IMG/VR virus record: IMGVR_UViG_3300035703_000116
Span: 1-56,500 of that record
DNA from: a virus
Lineage: Duplodnaviria; Caudoviricetes
Length of the DNA: 56,500 nucleotides
Direction: 5' to 3' (one strand)
The position numbers and the translations under genes are program-made. Below are positions 1-9,642 of the stretch, in pieces (position 1 is the first letter of the stretch; every line of letters starts with the position of its first letter). The notes under the pieces were generated by a model that saw nothing but the letters and a program-made list of their open reading frames with translations, was not told the DNA's origin and made no database searches.

Positions 1-3000
1 TTTAAGGAAGTCGGCAAAGACCTGTTTGGCGGTCGTAGTGCCTTCAACTAGCCCGGTAATGCCATTGGCAAGAGAGTTGCCAACCGCATCGCCGATGCTT
101 TGAGAAACACGAATGGCAAGCGCTTCAAAATTATTCAGCTCCGCCTGTGCGCGAGTGATGAAATCTTGGATCTCTCTTCCTCGCTCGCTTTCTATCGCTT
201 TGCCAATCGCCCCAGTGCCGGGCTTTCCATCTGCTGGCGCTGTACCAGCAGCCTCCTCAAGCGCTTTCTTTCTATCTTTAATGCCTTGAATTTCCGTATC
301 AATTTGCGCCCTAAGTGCTTCAGTCGTCGCCTCAACCGCTTTTCTCTTTTCTAGCTCGTTGATGATCGTATCAAGTTGTGCAATTGCAAGCTCTTTTGCC
401 TTCTCGATTTCAACGACACGTTGCGCAACTGCTTCGGTTAGCCCTTGAGAAATTAGCTCGCTGTAACGAGTCCTTTCTTTATCTGCGTCAAGGATAGACT
501 GATTAATTGCGTTAATCGGGGCCTCAACACCCTTAATCAGCGTATCAATCGAATTTCTAAAATTCTTAATACCCTGCTGCGACAATAAATCCTGCGCTTC
601 AAGCGCTGCATTGACAACAGCGGCAATTGCCTGCTTTTGCTGCGAAACAACTGCGTCAATGCCCTGCGTAGGAACTCCGCCGCCGCCAACCTGGCCAACG
701 CCGCGAAGAGCCGGCGGAGTGGCGATTTCTTTGACTTGCTTACGCTGCTCTCCAACAAGCCGATACAAATCAAACGCAGCCTGGCGAGCCTCAATTGGCA
801 GATTGGCATTCTTGGTTGCCAACCTAAGCTCGTTTTGCATCATCTTCAATTGAAGATCAGCAATTTGTTTTTCAATTGCAAACCTGCGATTGTCAAACTC
901 CTCGTTTCTACGACGAACCTGTTCGTTGATGTCGGCAACACGACGAGCCGTTTCGACATTCAGTCGAGATACCTCCTTCTCGATACTTGCCTTGAACTCA
1001 GCAGCCTGATAGTCAAACTTGAGCGCATCAAGAGCTGCATCTCTTTTGATTTTCGCCGCCTCTTCCTCTGCGGAAAGCTGATCCTCGGTGAATTGAGCAA
1101 CGATTTCAGCCGCTCTTCTTGCGGCTTCTTCGACTTCAGGGCGCTGTCCCTGTCCCGCACCAGCAATGATCTCTCGGTTGATGAGCTGGAGCTGTCTGAG
1201 CCTGTTCTGACCTTGTTGGTCAAGCAGTTGATTCTCCTGCTCAAGAACAGAGAACCTGCGACTAGCTACTTCATTTTCAACTCTTTCGCGAATCTGCCCA
1301 ATGCTTTCCTCGTATGAGCGAACGAGATCTGCGCGTTGCTTATCAAGATCCTGCTGCTCACGCGCCACAGAGCGAACTTGGTCAACTAAGGATTTACCAA
1401 GATCAATTACTTCGAGTCGCTTTTGCAAGCGATTGATCTCGGATTCAATCTCCTGCTTAGGATCAAGCTTGATCTTCCCTTGAATCTCAATTGCCTGCCA
1501 TTTATCAACAATATCTTGAAGCGCGCCGCGTTCCTGCAGCATTCCTATCTCTGCGTCAGTAGGAGCATTTGGAGCGAAGAAGCCACGTTGAATACCTTGC
1601 TGCTGAAGTCGCTGCCTAACCTCTTGGTTAAATTGCCCGGTTTGCTCTTGGCTGAGATTCGCACGAAGCAGGCGAACCCTGCCAGCGGCAGCCGCTTGAC
1701 CAAAGATATTTGCAAAAAATCCGGTAACAGAGGCAAGCGGGCCGGCGGCAACGGCCTGCATTTGTTGGCCAAGCTCAGCAAATGCTCGATTAAGCCTGTC
1801 GCTCTCGCTGCCAAGCGTCTTGAGGTTGCTTACGCCATCAACACCAAGCCTTCTAATTGCTTCTTCTTGTATTAAAGCGGAGGCCGTAGCGGTATCACCA
1901 TAGTCAATTGTTTTTCTGATAGTATCTTCAAGCGCCTTACTTGAGAAGAAAGATTTTTCTGCAAGTTGGTCAAAGTTTTCTATGGGCTTTTCAAGTGCAG
2001 CACCAAGCTCTTTTGCGCTCTGAACTGCGGTGTCAAACGCTGTCCCAAGAGCAGTGCCAACCAGCGAGAGACCGAACCCCAGGCCGCCACCAGCAAAGCC
2101 ACCCAAGGCGCCACCAGCGCCACCGCCAACGGCTGCGCCAAGCCCTTGTCCGAAGAGCAGGGGGAAGGCGCCACCGATCAAGCCCTCAGAAGCGGCTCGA
2201 CGAATTGACTCCTGACGAGCCCTGCCCGTAGCGACGCGACGCTGACGACTAGCACGAAGTGACTCTGGATCAAGAACCCCTTGAGAAACTCTTTCCTGAG
2301 GCGTCATTGCAGCAATCGGGCGCTGACGAAGCTCTCGATTTCTTTCGCGGATAATTTGGACTGAACGCTGAAGCTCTTCGTTCTCTTGCTGCTGAACAGC
2401 GAGGGAACGTCCTTTGTCGTTGACGGTTCGCCTTTCAAGCTGTCCAATCGTTGCAGCAAATCCCTGCTGCTTGGACATCCTCTCAAGTAGATCTTGCTGA
2501 AGCTGATTGATTCTTGCTGTTGTATTAAGCAGCTCCCTGTAGGCTGATTGAGCGGTTTCGGTTCTTCCGCCCGGAAACAGCTCTCCACGCGCCGGAACCT
2601 GCGAGAGCGAATAAGAAGATCCAGTTAAAAACGCAGATCGCTCCCTTGCAATCTCGGCGCTTTGCCGTCCTTGCGTAGCAATTCTTCCGCGCTCAATCGT
2701 TTGACGAATAAATCGCTGCGTCGAAGACTCACCCTTCGCCCTTAGCTCGTTCGCCTGCTTGAGATACTCAGCGATTGTTTTGGCTTCGGTAGCAGCTTGA
2801 CCCAAGCCCTCAGCAAACAACAGGGATGTATCTGCTGCCTCTTGAGTCCTTTGCGCCATCGCTCCCGTCGCTGTCGCAAGAAACTCTGGGCTGAGAAGCT
2901 CTCTCGCTCCACCACCAATGAATGCGCCACCGCGACCACGGCGCATTGGGCCAGCGAATGCCGTTTGACCAGCGGCAGGGAGCGCCGGAAGTGTTTCAAT

Positions 3001-4380
3001 TTTCTTGCCTACGGCATCAAGCCCAGAACGTGATGCGTCTAGCACCATGTTCATCTCAGAAGCCTTGTTAATTACCGATTCAAAAAGATTTGTCTGTCTA
3101 TCAAGCGTCAGCTTTATATTTTCTCCAAATTTCGTTTCACCAAATTTTTTACCAGCGAGAAACACCGCATCAGCTGCGGTTTTCATTGCTGGAGCAAAGG
3201 CGAGAGCAGCAACAGAGGCAAGACCGAGCGAGCCAGGGACATTACCCAGCGCCGAAAGCATGTCGTTAATGATTCCAGGGATGCCGCCAAGTGCGTTATT
3301 AATTGCCCCTCCGATTGCACCTGCCGCCTCAATTGCTGGACCCTGAATTGGGCCAAGGTTTACATTTCCGAGTGCTTCTTGGGTTGCTGCGTAAGCACCA
3401 CCTAGGCCAAGAGCGCCAAGGCCAACGCCCCCCCTGATTGCAGCGTTTCTGGCTCCACGCGCAATTTTTGCGCCCTGCCCAAATGTCAAAGCATCAAAAG
3501 TAGCTCCGCCAGCCTTCTTTGCGATAGCCGCCACCGCTTGTGCAGTGCTAAGAGCTTGACGTCTGGCCTCTTTTTGCTGTTTTTCGTATTGGGAAGAAAA
3601 GCGCTGGCGCTCTTTTGCCAACTGTTCCTCAGCGGAAATCTGGGCCTTAATATTGGAAAGCAGTTCTCTTCCAAGTCTGGGATCTGCAAATTTATTAAAA
3701 GCACCAGTAGTTTTATCTCTTTGCTTTACGAGATTGAATTCAGCAGCGGCAAGGCGACGAATAATCTCTTCATTCTCAGAAAGAGCGGCAGCCCTTTTAC
3801 GAAGCTGTTCAATTTGCTGGGCATACCCCCTCGCCTGCTCCCTCAGAAAGTCGGCATTTATTCCAGTGTTTTTTGTACCAGCAAGAGTTCGATTCCATTC
3901 TCTTTGATCCTCAACAAGGGCGCTCAGCTCGTTTCTTAGCTGGGAAATAATTTTTACGTCGGCCAATCTAAAGGCACTCTTTAACGCTGTAGAAACTTCG
4001 TCAAATTGCTCTTTTATCTCCCTGAGCTTTCCTCTTGTCTGATCAAGTCCTTTCGTTTCAATCTCGAATGCGCGAGATAGCCTTGCGGTTCTTGATCGCT
4101 CTCTTCGCAACTGCGACTCAGTAATTAAAGCGCGTTTTGTCTCGGCGTTTACATCCGCAATGGCGGCAGCCTGAAGCCGCGTGGCGGCGGCAGTTTTTTC
4201 GATTTGCCCAAGCGCATTAATGTATGTTTTAATGTCGCTAACACGGCCAAAGACACCGCGCTCGAAAAGATCTTGTATAGAACCCGCGGTATCTTCTATT
4301 GCCTCAAGTGTTGAGCTTAATTTCTTTAGCTCTGAGGAGCCTTTTAAGATTAAATTAATCTGAGCGTCGTAACTAGCCAC
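1..4380 (-). CDS. Tail tape measure protein (3' end outside window)
   Basis: GTG at 4380 gives MASYDAQINLILKGSSELKKL. The same frame at the window edge reads ITGLVEGTTTAKQVFADFLK. Long, Ala/Gln/Glu-rich, downstream of the tail chaperone. Absent from the ORF track, consistent with no stop inside the window; interior not translated codon by codon. Confidence 0.9.
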   Translation of the reverse strand, partial: MASYDAQINLILKGSSELKKLSSTLEAIEDTAGSIQDLFERGVFGRVSDIKTYINALGQIEKTAAATRLQAAAIADVNAETKRALITESQLRRERSRTARLSRAFEIETKGLDQTRGKLREIKEQFDEVSTALKSAFRLADVKIISQLRNELSALVEDQREWNRTLAGTKNTGINADFLREQARGYAQQIEQLRKRAAALSENEEIIRRLAAAEFNLVKQRDKTTGAFNKFADPRLGRELLSNIKAQISAEEQLAKERQRFSSQYEKQQKEARRQALSTAQAVAAIAKKAGGATFDALTFGQGAKIARGARNAAIRGGVGLGALGLGGAYAATQEALGNVNLGPIQGPAIEAAGAIGGAINNALGGIPGIINDMLSALGNVPGSLGLASVAALAFAPAMKTAADAVFLAGKKFGETKFGENIKLTLDRQTNLFESVINKASEMNMVLDASRSGLDAVGKKIETLPALPAAGQTAFAGPMRRGRGGAFIGGGARELLSPEFLATATGAMAQRTQEAADTSLLFAEGLGQAATEAKTIAEYLKQANELRAKGESSTQRFIRQTIERGRIATQGRQSAEIARERSAFLTGSSYSLSQVPARGELFPGGRTETAQSAYRELLNTTARINQLQQDLLERMSKQQGFAATIGQLERRTVNDKGRSLAVQQQENEELQRSVQIIRERNRELRQRPIAAMTPQERVSQGVLDPESLRASRQRRVATGRARQESIRRAASEGLIGGAFPLLFGQGLGAAVGGGAGGALGGFAGGGLGFGLSLVGTALGTAFDTAVQSAKELGAALEKPIENFDQLAEKSFFSSKALEDTIRKTIDYGDTATASALIQEEAIRRLGVDGVSNLKTLGSESDRLNRAFAELGQQMQAVAAGPLASVTGFFANIFGQAAAAGRVRLLRANLSQEQTGQFNQEVRQRLQQQGIQRGFFAPNAPTDAEIGMLQERGALQDIVDKWQAIEIQGKIKLDPKQEIESEINRLQKRLEVIDLGKSLVDQVRSVAREQQDLDKQRADLVRSYEESIGQIRERVENEVASRRFSVLEQENQLLDQQGQNRLRQLQLINREIIAGAGQGQRPEVEEAARRAAEIVAQFTEDQLSAEEEAAKIKRDAALDALKFDYQAAEFKASIEKEVSRLNVETARRVADINEQVRRRNEEFDNRRFAIEKQIADLQLKMMQNELRLATKNANLPIEARQAAFDLYRLVGEQRKQVKEIATPPALRGVGQVGGGGVPTQGIDAVVSQQKQAIAAVVNAALEAQDLLSQQGIKNFRNSIDTLIKGVEAPINAINQSILDADKERTRYSELISQGLTEAVAQRVVEIEKAKELAIAQLDTIINELEKRKAVEATTEALRAQIDTEIQGIKDRKKALEEAAGTAPADGKPGTGAIGKAIESERGREIQDFITRAQAELNNFEALAIRVSQSIGDAVGNSLANGITGLVEGTTTAKQVFADFLK

Positions 4381-4420
4381 TTCAATCGACCTAGAGTTCC
4401 AGTCAGTCTAGCCAGACACG

Positions 4421-4445
4421 AAAAAGCCGCCCCGGAGAGCGGCTA
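4421..4445 (-). terminator. Intrinsic terminator upstream of tape measure gene
   Basis: AGCCGC-tctccggg-GCGGCT followed by TTTT on the minus strand. Confidence 0.7.
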
Positions 4446-4512
4446 GCTAGGATTTGGGCGCCTTGGCGGTGTGACGACCCCAAGGCATGACCAACTCAAT
4501 TGCGCTGAGCTG

Positions 4513-5463
4513 ATGCAAGAAACGCTACTACAGGCTGGACAGCTTTTTGGTGACTTAACCGCAATTCGCCAAGGAACAAACGAGCAGATCTGGATCTGCA
4601 AGTGCATCTGCGGAAAAGAGCTTGAAGTTACTAGGCGCAGACTGCTGCTCGGACGCGCAAAAAGCTGCGGATGCAAGCGAATAAAATCAAGTGAACCACC
4701 AGTTGGGCAAAAATTTGGGCGCTTGACTGTTCTTGGCCTAGCAAAAAAGAAATACTACTGGCTTTGCAAATGCGAATGCGGCAACAAAACAGAAACAGCC
4801 ACTTTTAGGGTTCTTGCCGGTAGTGCTAAAAGCTGTGGCTGTATAAGACGGGAAGCAAAACAAAACTTAACTGGCAAGCGTTTTGGAAGACTTGTCGTTA
4901 TCAAGCACTTGCCGCAAAAACAAATTATGTGCTTGTGCAAATGTGACTGTGGCTCACCAGAAAAAATAATTCACAACAAGCTACTCTTGGCTGGGCAATC
5001 CACGAGCTGCGGATGCTACAGGTTAGAGCAGGCCAAAAAAGCAAATACAAAACACGGGAAGAATAAATCAAAAGTTCATCGCATATGGCGAGCCATGAAA
5101 GGACGGTGCGAAAATCAAAACAACGATAACTACAAAAATTACGGTGGCAGGGGTATATTCTTTTGCGAGGAATGGAGAGTCTTTCAAAATTTTTACAACG
5201 ACATGGGAGATCCGCCAGTAAATGGGACGCTTGAAAGAATCGACAACAACGGCCCATACGCTCCCTGGAATTGTCGCTGGGCGACAAGAGCGGAGCAAGT
5301 AAGGAATAGAAGGAACAGTATATGGATTACGTTTAATGAGAAAACTCAAATACTTGCAGACTGGGCGGTTGAAACTGGAATACCTGTAGCAACATTGCGC
5401 TACAGGTACAAGACTGGATGGCCACTTGAGAAAATGTTTGCAAGCAATAAAAAGGAGGCTTAG
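4513..5463 (+). CDS. HNH homing endonuclease with repeated Cys-rich (CxCxCG...SCGC) modules
   Basis: Three GxxFGxL..CKCxCG..SCGC modules, then WRAMKGRC, YGGRGI, LERIDNNGPYAPWNCRWAT; antisense to the tail operon. Confidence 0.88.
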   Translation: MQETLLQAGQLFGDLTAIRQGTNEQIWICKCICGKELEVTRRRLLLGRAKSCGCKRIKSSEPPVGQKFGRLTVLGLAKKKYYWLCKCECGNKTETATFRVLAGSAKSCGCIRREAKQNLTGKRFGRLVVIKHLPQKQIMCLCKCDCGSPEKIIHNKLLLAGQSTSCGCYRLEQAKKANTKHGKNKSKVHRIWRAMKGRCENQNNDNYKNYGGRGIFFCEEWRVFQNFYNDMGDPPVNGTLERIDNNGPYAPWNCRWATRAEQVRNRRNSIWITFNEKTQILADWAVETGIPVATLRYRYKTGWPLEKMFASNKKEA

Positions 5464-5654
5464 CGCCTCCTCTTAATCTTCTCCATTTCTTGCTGCTGTT
5501 TTTTGTTCTTAAGAGAATAAAAACAGCTCCAGAGAATTAACTCTTCGTCGGTGACCTTTTCCTTTAATTCGGAAAGGGTCATTTTTAATTCACTTGCGAG
5601 AGAGAGCTGGAAATAAAGCCTGCTATCGCACTCAAGCTGCTGCTCAATCGCTTT
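5460..5654 (-). CDS. Tail assembly chaperone frameshift extension (gpT-like)
   Basis: Open frame KAIEQQLECDSRLYFQLSLASELKMTLSELKEKVTDEELILWSCFY...RRR* overlapping the chaperone 3' end. Confidence 0.75.
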   Translation of the reverse strand, partial: KAIEQQLECDSRLYFQLSLASELKMTLSELKEKVTDEELILWSCFYSLKNKKQQQEMEKIKRRR

Positions 5655-6015
5655 TCATGTCAACTTCCTCGCTCTCTTCCTTATTGGGTTTGAGTACGGC
5701 CAAGATCATCTTCTGAAGCACATCATCAGGCACTTCATGCTTTAGCGCAGCAATGTCACCAGGCTTAAAAAGAGGCTGACCATCAAGGTCTTCAGCTTTG
5801 ATAATCAAGAGCTGCATCGCAAAAGCATTTGCATCGCTTGATTTTGCATTTTTTTGCGCACGTTCGCGTTCGGCGGCGGTCAGCGGCTTGGATTGAAAGC
5901 AGAACTCACTATCGTCATCAAGAATGATCGTGTGAACAACAGGCTCAAAATTAGCTGCTTTGCGCAGGCGGTCAATTGCCCTCATGGGAGAAGACGGGGT
6001 GGGGGTGGCGGCCAT
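5644..6015 (-). CDS. Tail assembly chaperone (gpG-like)
   Basis: MAATPTPSSPMRAIDRLRKAANF...EESEEVDMKSD; lies between tail tube and tape measure. Confidence 0.8.
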   Translation of the reverse strand: MAATPTPSSPMRAIDRLRKAANFEPVVHTIILDDDSEFCFQSKPLTAAERERAQKNAKSSDANAFAMQLLIIKAEDLDGQPLFKPGDIAALKHEVPDDVLQKMILAVLKPNKEESEEVDMKSD

Positions 6016-6067
6016 AGAAAAAACCGTGGTCAGCTTAGACTGTAGATCAAAAGTGTCTTTATTGCAA

Positions 6068-7351
6068 TCAGCGAGAGATCTCCTCAAAATCCATTGAGGC
6101 AACAACCTGATCATCTGCCCCATCGGAGGCGACGACAAGAGTTAGCTCATATGGCGTTGAAGTAAAGGAGTCACGCTCTAGCTGAAACTTAAACAGGGCC
6201 TCTTTAAGAATATCAACACTAGCTACACTTTGATTTGTTGAGCTAGAAAAACCACTAGCGACAATGCGACCATCGGCGTAAGAAGCCCCTGTAATGTTAT
6301 ACTCAACAGAACTGCTAGCGCCAGCACTCACCCAAGTGCCGCCAGTTGTTACACCATTCGCGCGGACTTGCCAGTTAAAATTACCCGTTGAGGCCGCAAG
6401 TAGTGAAAGGGCGGTAAGAATAACGATTCCATCGAGACGCGCAGACTTAAGGCGAAGTGAGATAACAGGATAAAAGACACCGGCAGTGCCAAGTGTACGA
6501 GGAGAAGTCAACGGAATTGAGACGGCCTGCTGCAATCCACGAAGCTCATAACCACCTTCAGAAATTACAGTCGAGCAAATTTGCTTCAATGTACTTGAGC
6601 TTGCTGCTTCTGCCGTGTTCTCGATTTCATAGCGCAACGGCAATGATGCGGTTGTAATATAAGTTGAAGTAATAAAATTAGCGTGATGAAAAGAATGACA
6701 AAGGATAAAAATTCCATTAATAACAAAGCCAAGCCGAACCGTGCCAAGCCCAAGCCACTCAATATCAGCCCACATAATCTGAGCTTTTGCAATGTCAAGC
6801 GTGAAACCATGCTCACCTGTCCCATCAAGCTTGTCGCCATTCCAATTGGCTTGGGAAATCTTCGTTTCAACGACAGATCCGCTGACTGAGCTGCGCTCAA
6901 CAAAAGAGAGCGTCGAGCCATCAAGCTCTAGATAGATCCCATTTGCGGCACCGTAATAACCAGCCCGCTGCCTAAGTCCCGTTTTGGCGGGATTCATCAC
7001 AAATGTATTTAGCACAAGTAATGACTTTCCTGGCTGATAGCTAAAACATTTTGTGGTCTCTCTGTAAACTTTTGAGCCAGAAGCAGTTGTCACAGCAAGA
7101 TTGACGAGACCCTCATTTGCGGAAAAAGTTGCTGCGCCACCGTTTGCAGTGCTTGTAGACCAAAGTCCGTTATCCGCATACCGATGGCTTGAGTCAAAAA
7201 GAGTCAGTGGAGATGAAATCCTCAGACGACCGAACGCATCAACAACAGAGCCGGAAAAACTAGCGTCAACTTCAAGCTTTCCGTCATTGGTTGCGTCAAT
7301 TTCTTTTGCTGCACCAGTTGGCAGCGTTCCATGAACAACAGCGTCAGGCAT
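6068..7351 (-). CDS. Beta-rich putative virion protein
   Basis: 427 aa, Ser/Thr/Gly-rich, DAFGRLRISSPLTLFDSSHRY; inside the tail operon. Confidence 0.6.
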   Translation of the reverse strand: MPDAVVHGTLPTGAAKEIDATNDGKLEVDASFSGSVVDAFGRLRISSPLTLFDSSHRYADNGLWSTSTANGGAATFSANEGLVNLAVTTASGSKVYRETTKCFSYQPGKSLLVLNTFVMNPAKTGLRQRAGYYGAANGIYLELDGSTLSFVERSSVSGSVVETKISQANWNGDKLDGTGEHGFTLDIAKAQIMWADIEWLGLGTVRLGFVINGIFILCHSFHHANFITSTYITTASLPLRYEIENTAEAASSSTLKQICSTVISEGGYELRGLQQAVSIPLTSPRTLGTAGVFYPVISLRLKSARLDGIVILTALSLLAASTGNFNWQVRANGVTTGGTWVSAGASSSVEYNITGASYADGRIVASGFSSSTNQSVASVDILKEALFKFQLERDSFTSTPYELTLVVASDGADDQVVASMDFEEISR

Positions 7352-7366
7352 GATCGTAGATAGATA

Positions 7367-7392
7367 AAAGAAAAGCCCCGCCGAAGCGGGGC
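7367..7392 (-). terminator. Intrinsic terminator after tail tube gene
   Basis: GCCCCGC-TTCG-GCGGGGC-TTTTCTTTT. Confidence 0.85.
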
Positions 7393-7410
7393 AGTGAATC
7401 AAACAATGAA

Positions 7411-8178
7411 TCAGGTGGTGGCGAAGTCGAAGCTCACAGCTTCCGAAGGACGGAAGTTGATAGCAACAGACTGAGCGTCGTCGGGGTTCACGTTCAGAGA
7501 AGCCGAGGTCAAGGTGACAGGCATCTCGATCGAGCGAGATTTAGTGTCATCCACAGAACCACCAGACTCGATGCGCTCCAGGTAGAGCTTCATGGCAGCG
7601 CCAACCTGCTTGCGCAGCAGCACATCTTGCACAAGACGGTTGGCAAGAGCGTTGTCCTCATCGGTCATGTAGACGTTTGCGGTGCCATTGGCATCGCCGA
7701 AGCCAGAGATGTACTTACGGAACGGCACATACTGACCGAGGGTTTGACCAATGGTGGTCACGTCAATCTCAGCGCGGGAGACCTCAAGGCTCCAATCACG
7801 CACTTCTGCCACAACTGCGTAGCTGGCGTAGAAAACTTCAAACTTGTTGGGCGCAGCAACGGTGCCATCATCGGCAATGTCAACAGTTGCACCACCAGCA
7901 GTCGTGGAAACTTGCAGCAGTCCAGTAGAGGCGCTGTAAGCAATCACGTAGTAAGTGGTGGAAGTGCTGAGAGGCGAAGGCAGAGTGCCGGTGCCAACAG
8001 CGCCGGACTGAGTGTTGCGGAAGTTGAACTTAACAGGATCGCCAACTTTGAAGTTAAAGTTGGGACCAACGTTGATCGTGTCGCTTCCGATAACAATGTC
8101 GGACTCACCAAAAGTTGCTGTAGTGCCCGCAGGCTTGTAGTAGAAGGCGCCAGAAACGCCGGACAGAACGGTTGCCAT
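7411..8178 (-). CDS. Major tail (tube) protein
   Basis: VRDWSLEVSRAEIDVTT, ISGFGDANGTANVY and SLNVNPDDAQSVAINFRP motifs; strong codon bias; followed by a terminator. Confidence 0.88.
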   Translation of the reverse strand: MATVLSGVSGAFYYKPAGTTATFGESDIVIGSDTINVGPNFNFKVGDPVKFNFRNTQSGAVGTGTLPSPLSTSTTYYVIAYSASTGLLQVSTTAGGATVDIADDGTVAAPNKFEVFYASYAVVAEVRDWSLEVSRAEIDVTTIGQTLGQYVPFRKYISGFGDANGTANVYMTDEDNALANRLVQDVLLRKQVGAAMKLYLERIESGGSVDDTKSRSIEMPVTLTSASLNVNPDDAQSVAINFRPSEAVSFDFATT

Positions 8179-8235
8179 GACAAGAAGGGGGTAGTGGCTT
8201 GTGTGGGCACTGCCCAGCTAGATACAGGTTAGCGA

Positions 8236-8664
8236 TTACTTGACGCTCGCCTGCCAGCCGGTATCAATGCGCCCAATGAAGTGAGGGGAGTCATTCGGCG
8301 ACTGAAAAGATGGCCCAGTAATTGCGCCAGTTCTCACATAAGTTGTTGTCGAAGTTTTGTTTGCAGCATTCAACGCATCAAGTGTCTGCTTTGCCAGCTG
8401 AATCAATTGCTGACAACGTGCAGGGCCTGCGCTTCTGGGCGCAAAGCAGCGAATAATTAAAGCGCCTCTTGCATAATCAAGTGACCCATCAAGTGTCGAT
8501 TCAGTTGTCAGTCCGAATGTTACATTGATGCGAACGTATTCATTCGGCGGATCAGGTGGGACTGCGGTAATGTTATCGAAATAAACAGGAACTGGAGGGC
8601 TTTGCGTGTTGTAAGCGGTAAGCAGCGGGCCTTCAATTTTGGCGCGGATGGATTGATAGTTCAT
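8236..8664 (-). CDS. Tail terminator / tail completion protein
   Basis: MNYQSIRA..VYFDN; immediately upstream of the tail tube gene. Confidence 0.7.
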   Translation of the reverse strand: MNYQSIRAKIEGPLLTAYNTQSPPVPVYFDNITAVPPDPPNEYVRINVTFGLTTESTLDGSLDYARGALIIRCFAPRSAGPARCQQLIQLAKQTLDALNAANKTSTTTYVRTGAITGPSFQSPNDSPHFIGRIDTGWQASVK

Positions 8665-9257
8665 CAGAATGACTCCTTAAAACCAAGACTTACACCGCGA
8701 CCCAGATCCCTCTTTAGCCCGCCACCCTGCGTGTAAGTGTAATACCAGTCAGGTTCTGCCGTGATCATTGCATTTGGCTTCTCACTGTTATCGTATCCCA
8801 TTGATACGTCATAACGCAGTGATGGCTTTTGTTTTTTATTTGTATTCATTGGACGAAAACCAAACTCAACTGGATCCTTAAGTGGGTCACTGTCATTCGG
8901 ATGAGTATAAACAGCAAGATCCTGGTCAATTGCAATTCCTGCATGAGGAGCGCTATTGACTACCTGAAAGCTGAATTCACCACTATTAAGCGCTTTTTCG
9001 TACCTAGAGAGCGGAAAATTTCTTTTGGTATAATTGTAAATTCGCTCTTTTCCTCTTGGCGATGCACCGGGCTGACCCTCAACTACTACATCCCAAGATG
9101 CAGAAAATTCACCACTCCAAGCGGGGCCAACCTCGACTAAACCGTTTGTTATTTCAACTGCGGCATTTTGAATTCCTTTGGCAAGAGCCTTATTGATGCC
9201 TTGCATCAAATCTTTTGCTATTCCTTTTTCAAGTCCACCGCCTCTGAACTTTGCCAT
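8664..9257 (-). CDS. Neck / tail completion protein (HK97 gp10-like)
   Basis: GPAWSGEFSASW motif; synteny. Confidence 0.6.
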   Translation of the reverse strand: MAKFRGGGLEKGIAKDLMQGINKALAKGIQNAAVEITNGLVEVGPAWSGEFSASWDVVVEGQPGASPRGKERIYNYTKRNFPLSRYEKALNSGEFSFQVVNSAPHAGIAIDQDLAVYTHPNDSDPLKDPVEFGFRPMNTNKKQKPSLRYDVSMGYDNSEKPNAMITAEPDWYYTYTQGGGLKRDLGRGVSLGFKESF

Positions 9258-9258
9258 A

Positions 9259-9636
9259 TCAACTCAGCCTCCCAACAACTGAGTGCATAATAGCGCTATC
9301 GCCTCGATACGAAAACATCCCAATAATTTTCGCAGTTCTTGTTGCACCATTCTGTAAATATCGAATCGAGTCAGTCGTTTGCGGAAAATACCCAGATAGC
9401 GAACTAGCTGCAATCAAAATCTTCACGTCAGTCTGCTGATAAAGCCCCTGCATCTCTTCGGGCTTTAATTCGGAAATGACAATCTTGATTGGGATTTCAA
9501 CGACTGTATTTGAAACCGCCCCAGTTTCAGGTGTGTAAACAGCTTGCCCAGAACTCTTTAGATACGTTGCATTGACCCCAAACTGATCAATCAGCGGGGC
9601 GGGAATTGAAGAAAAAATGTCATCAACAAGTGACAT
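9259..9636 (-). CDS. Head closure / head-tail joining protein
   Basis: 125 aa, YTPETGAV; synteny. Confidence 0.65.
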   Translation of the reverse strand: MSLVDDIFSSIPAPLIDQFGVNATYLKSSGQAVYTPETGAVSNTVVEIPIKIVISELKPEEMQGLYQQTDVKILIAASSLSGYFPQTTDSIRYLQNGATRTAKIIGMFSYRGDSAIMHSVVGRLS

Positions 9637-9642
9637 GACTCA

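Noticed and set aside
100-4363. Numerous plus-strand and short minus-strand ORFs in the ORF track
   Set aside because: Shadow frames of the long tape measure gene. The same applies to antisense ORFs over the tail tube, capsid, ERF and AbrB genes.
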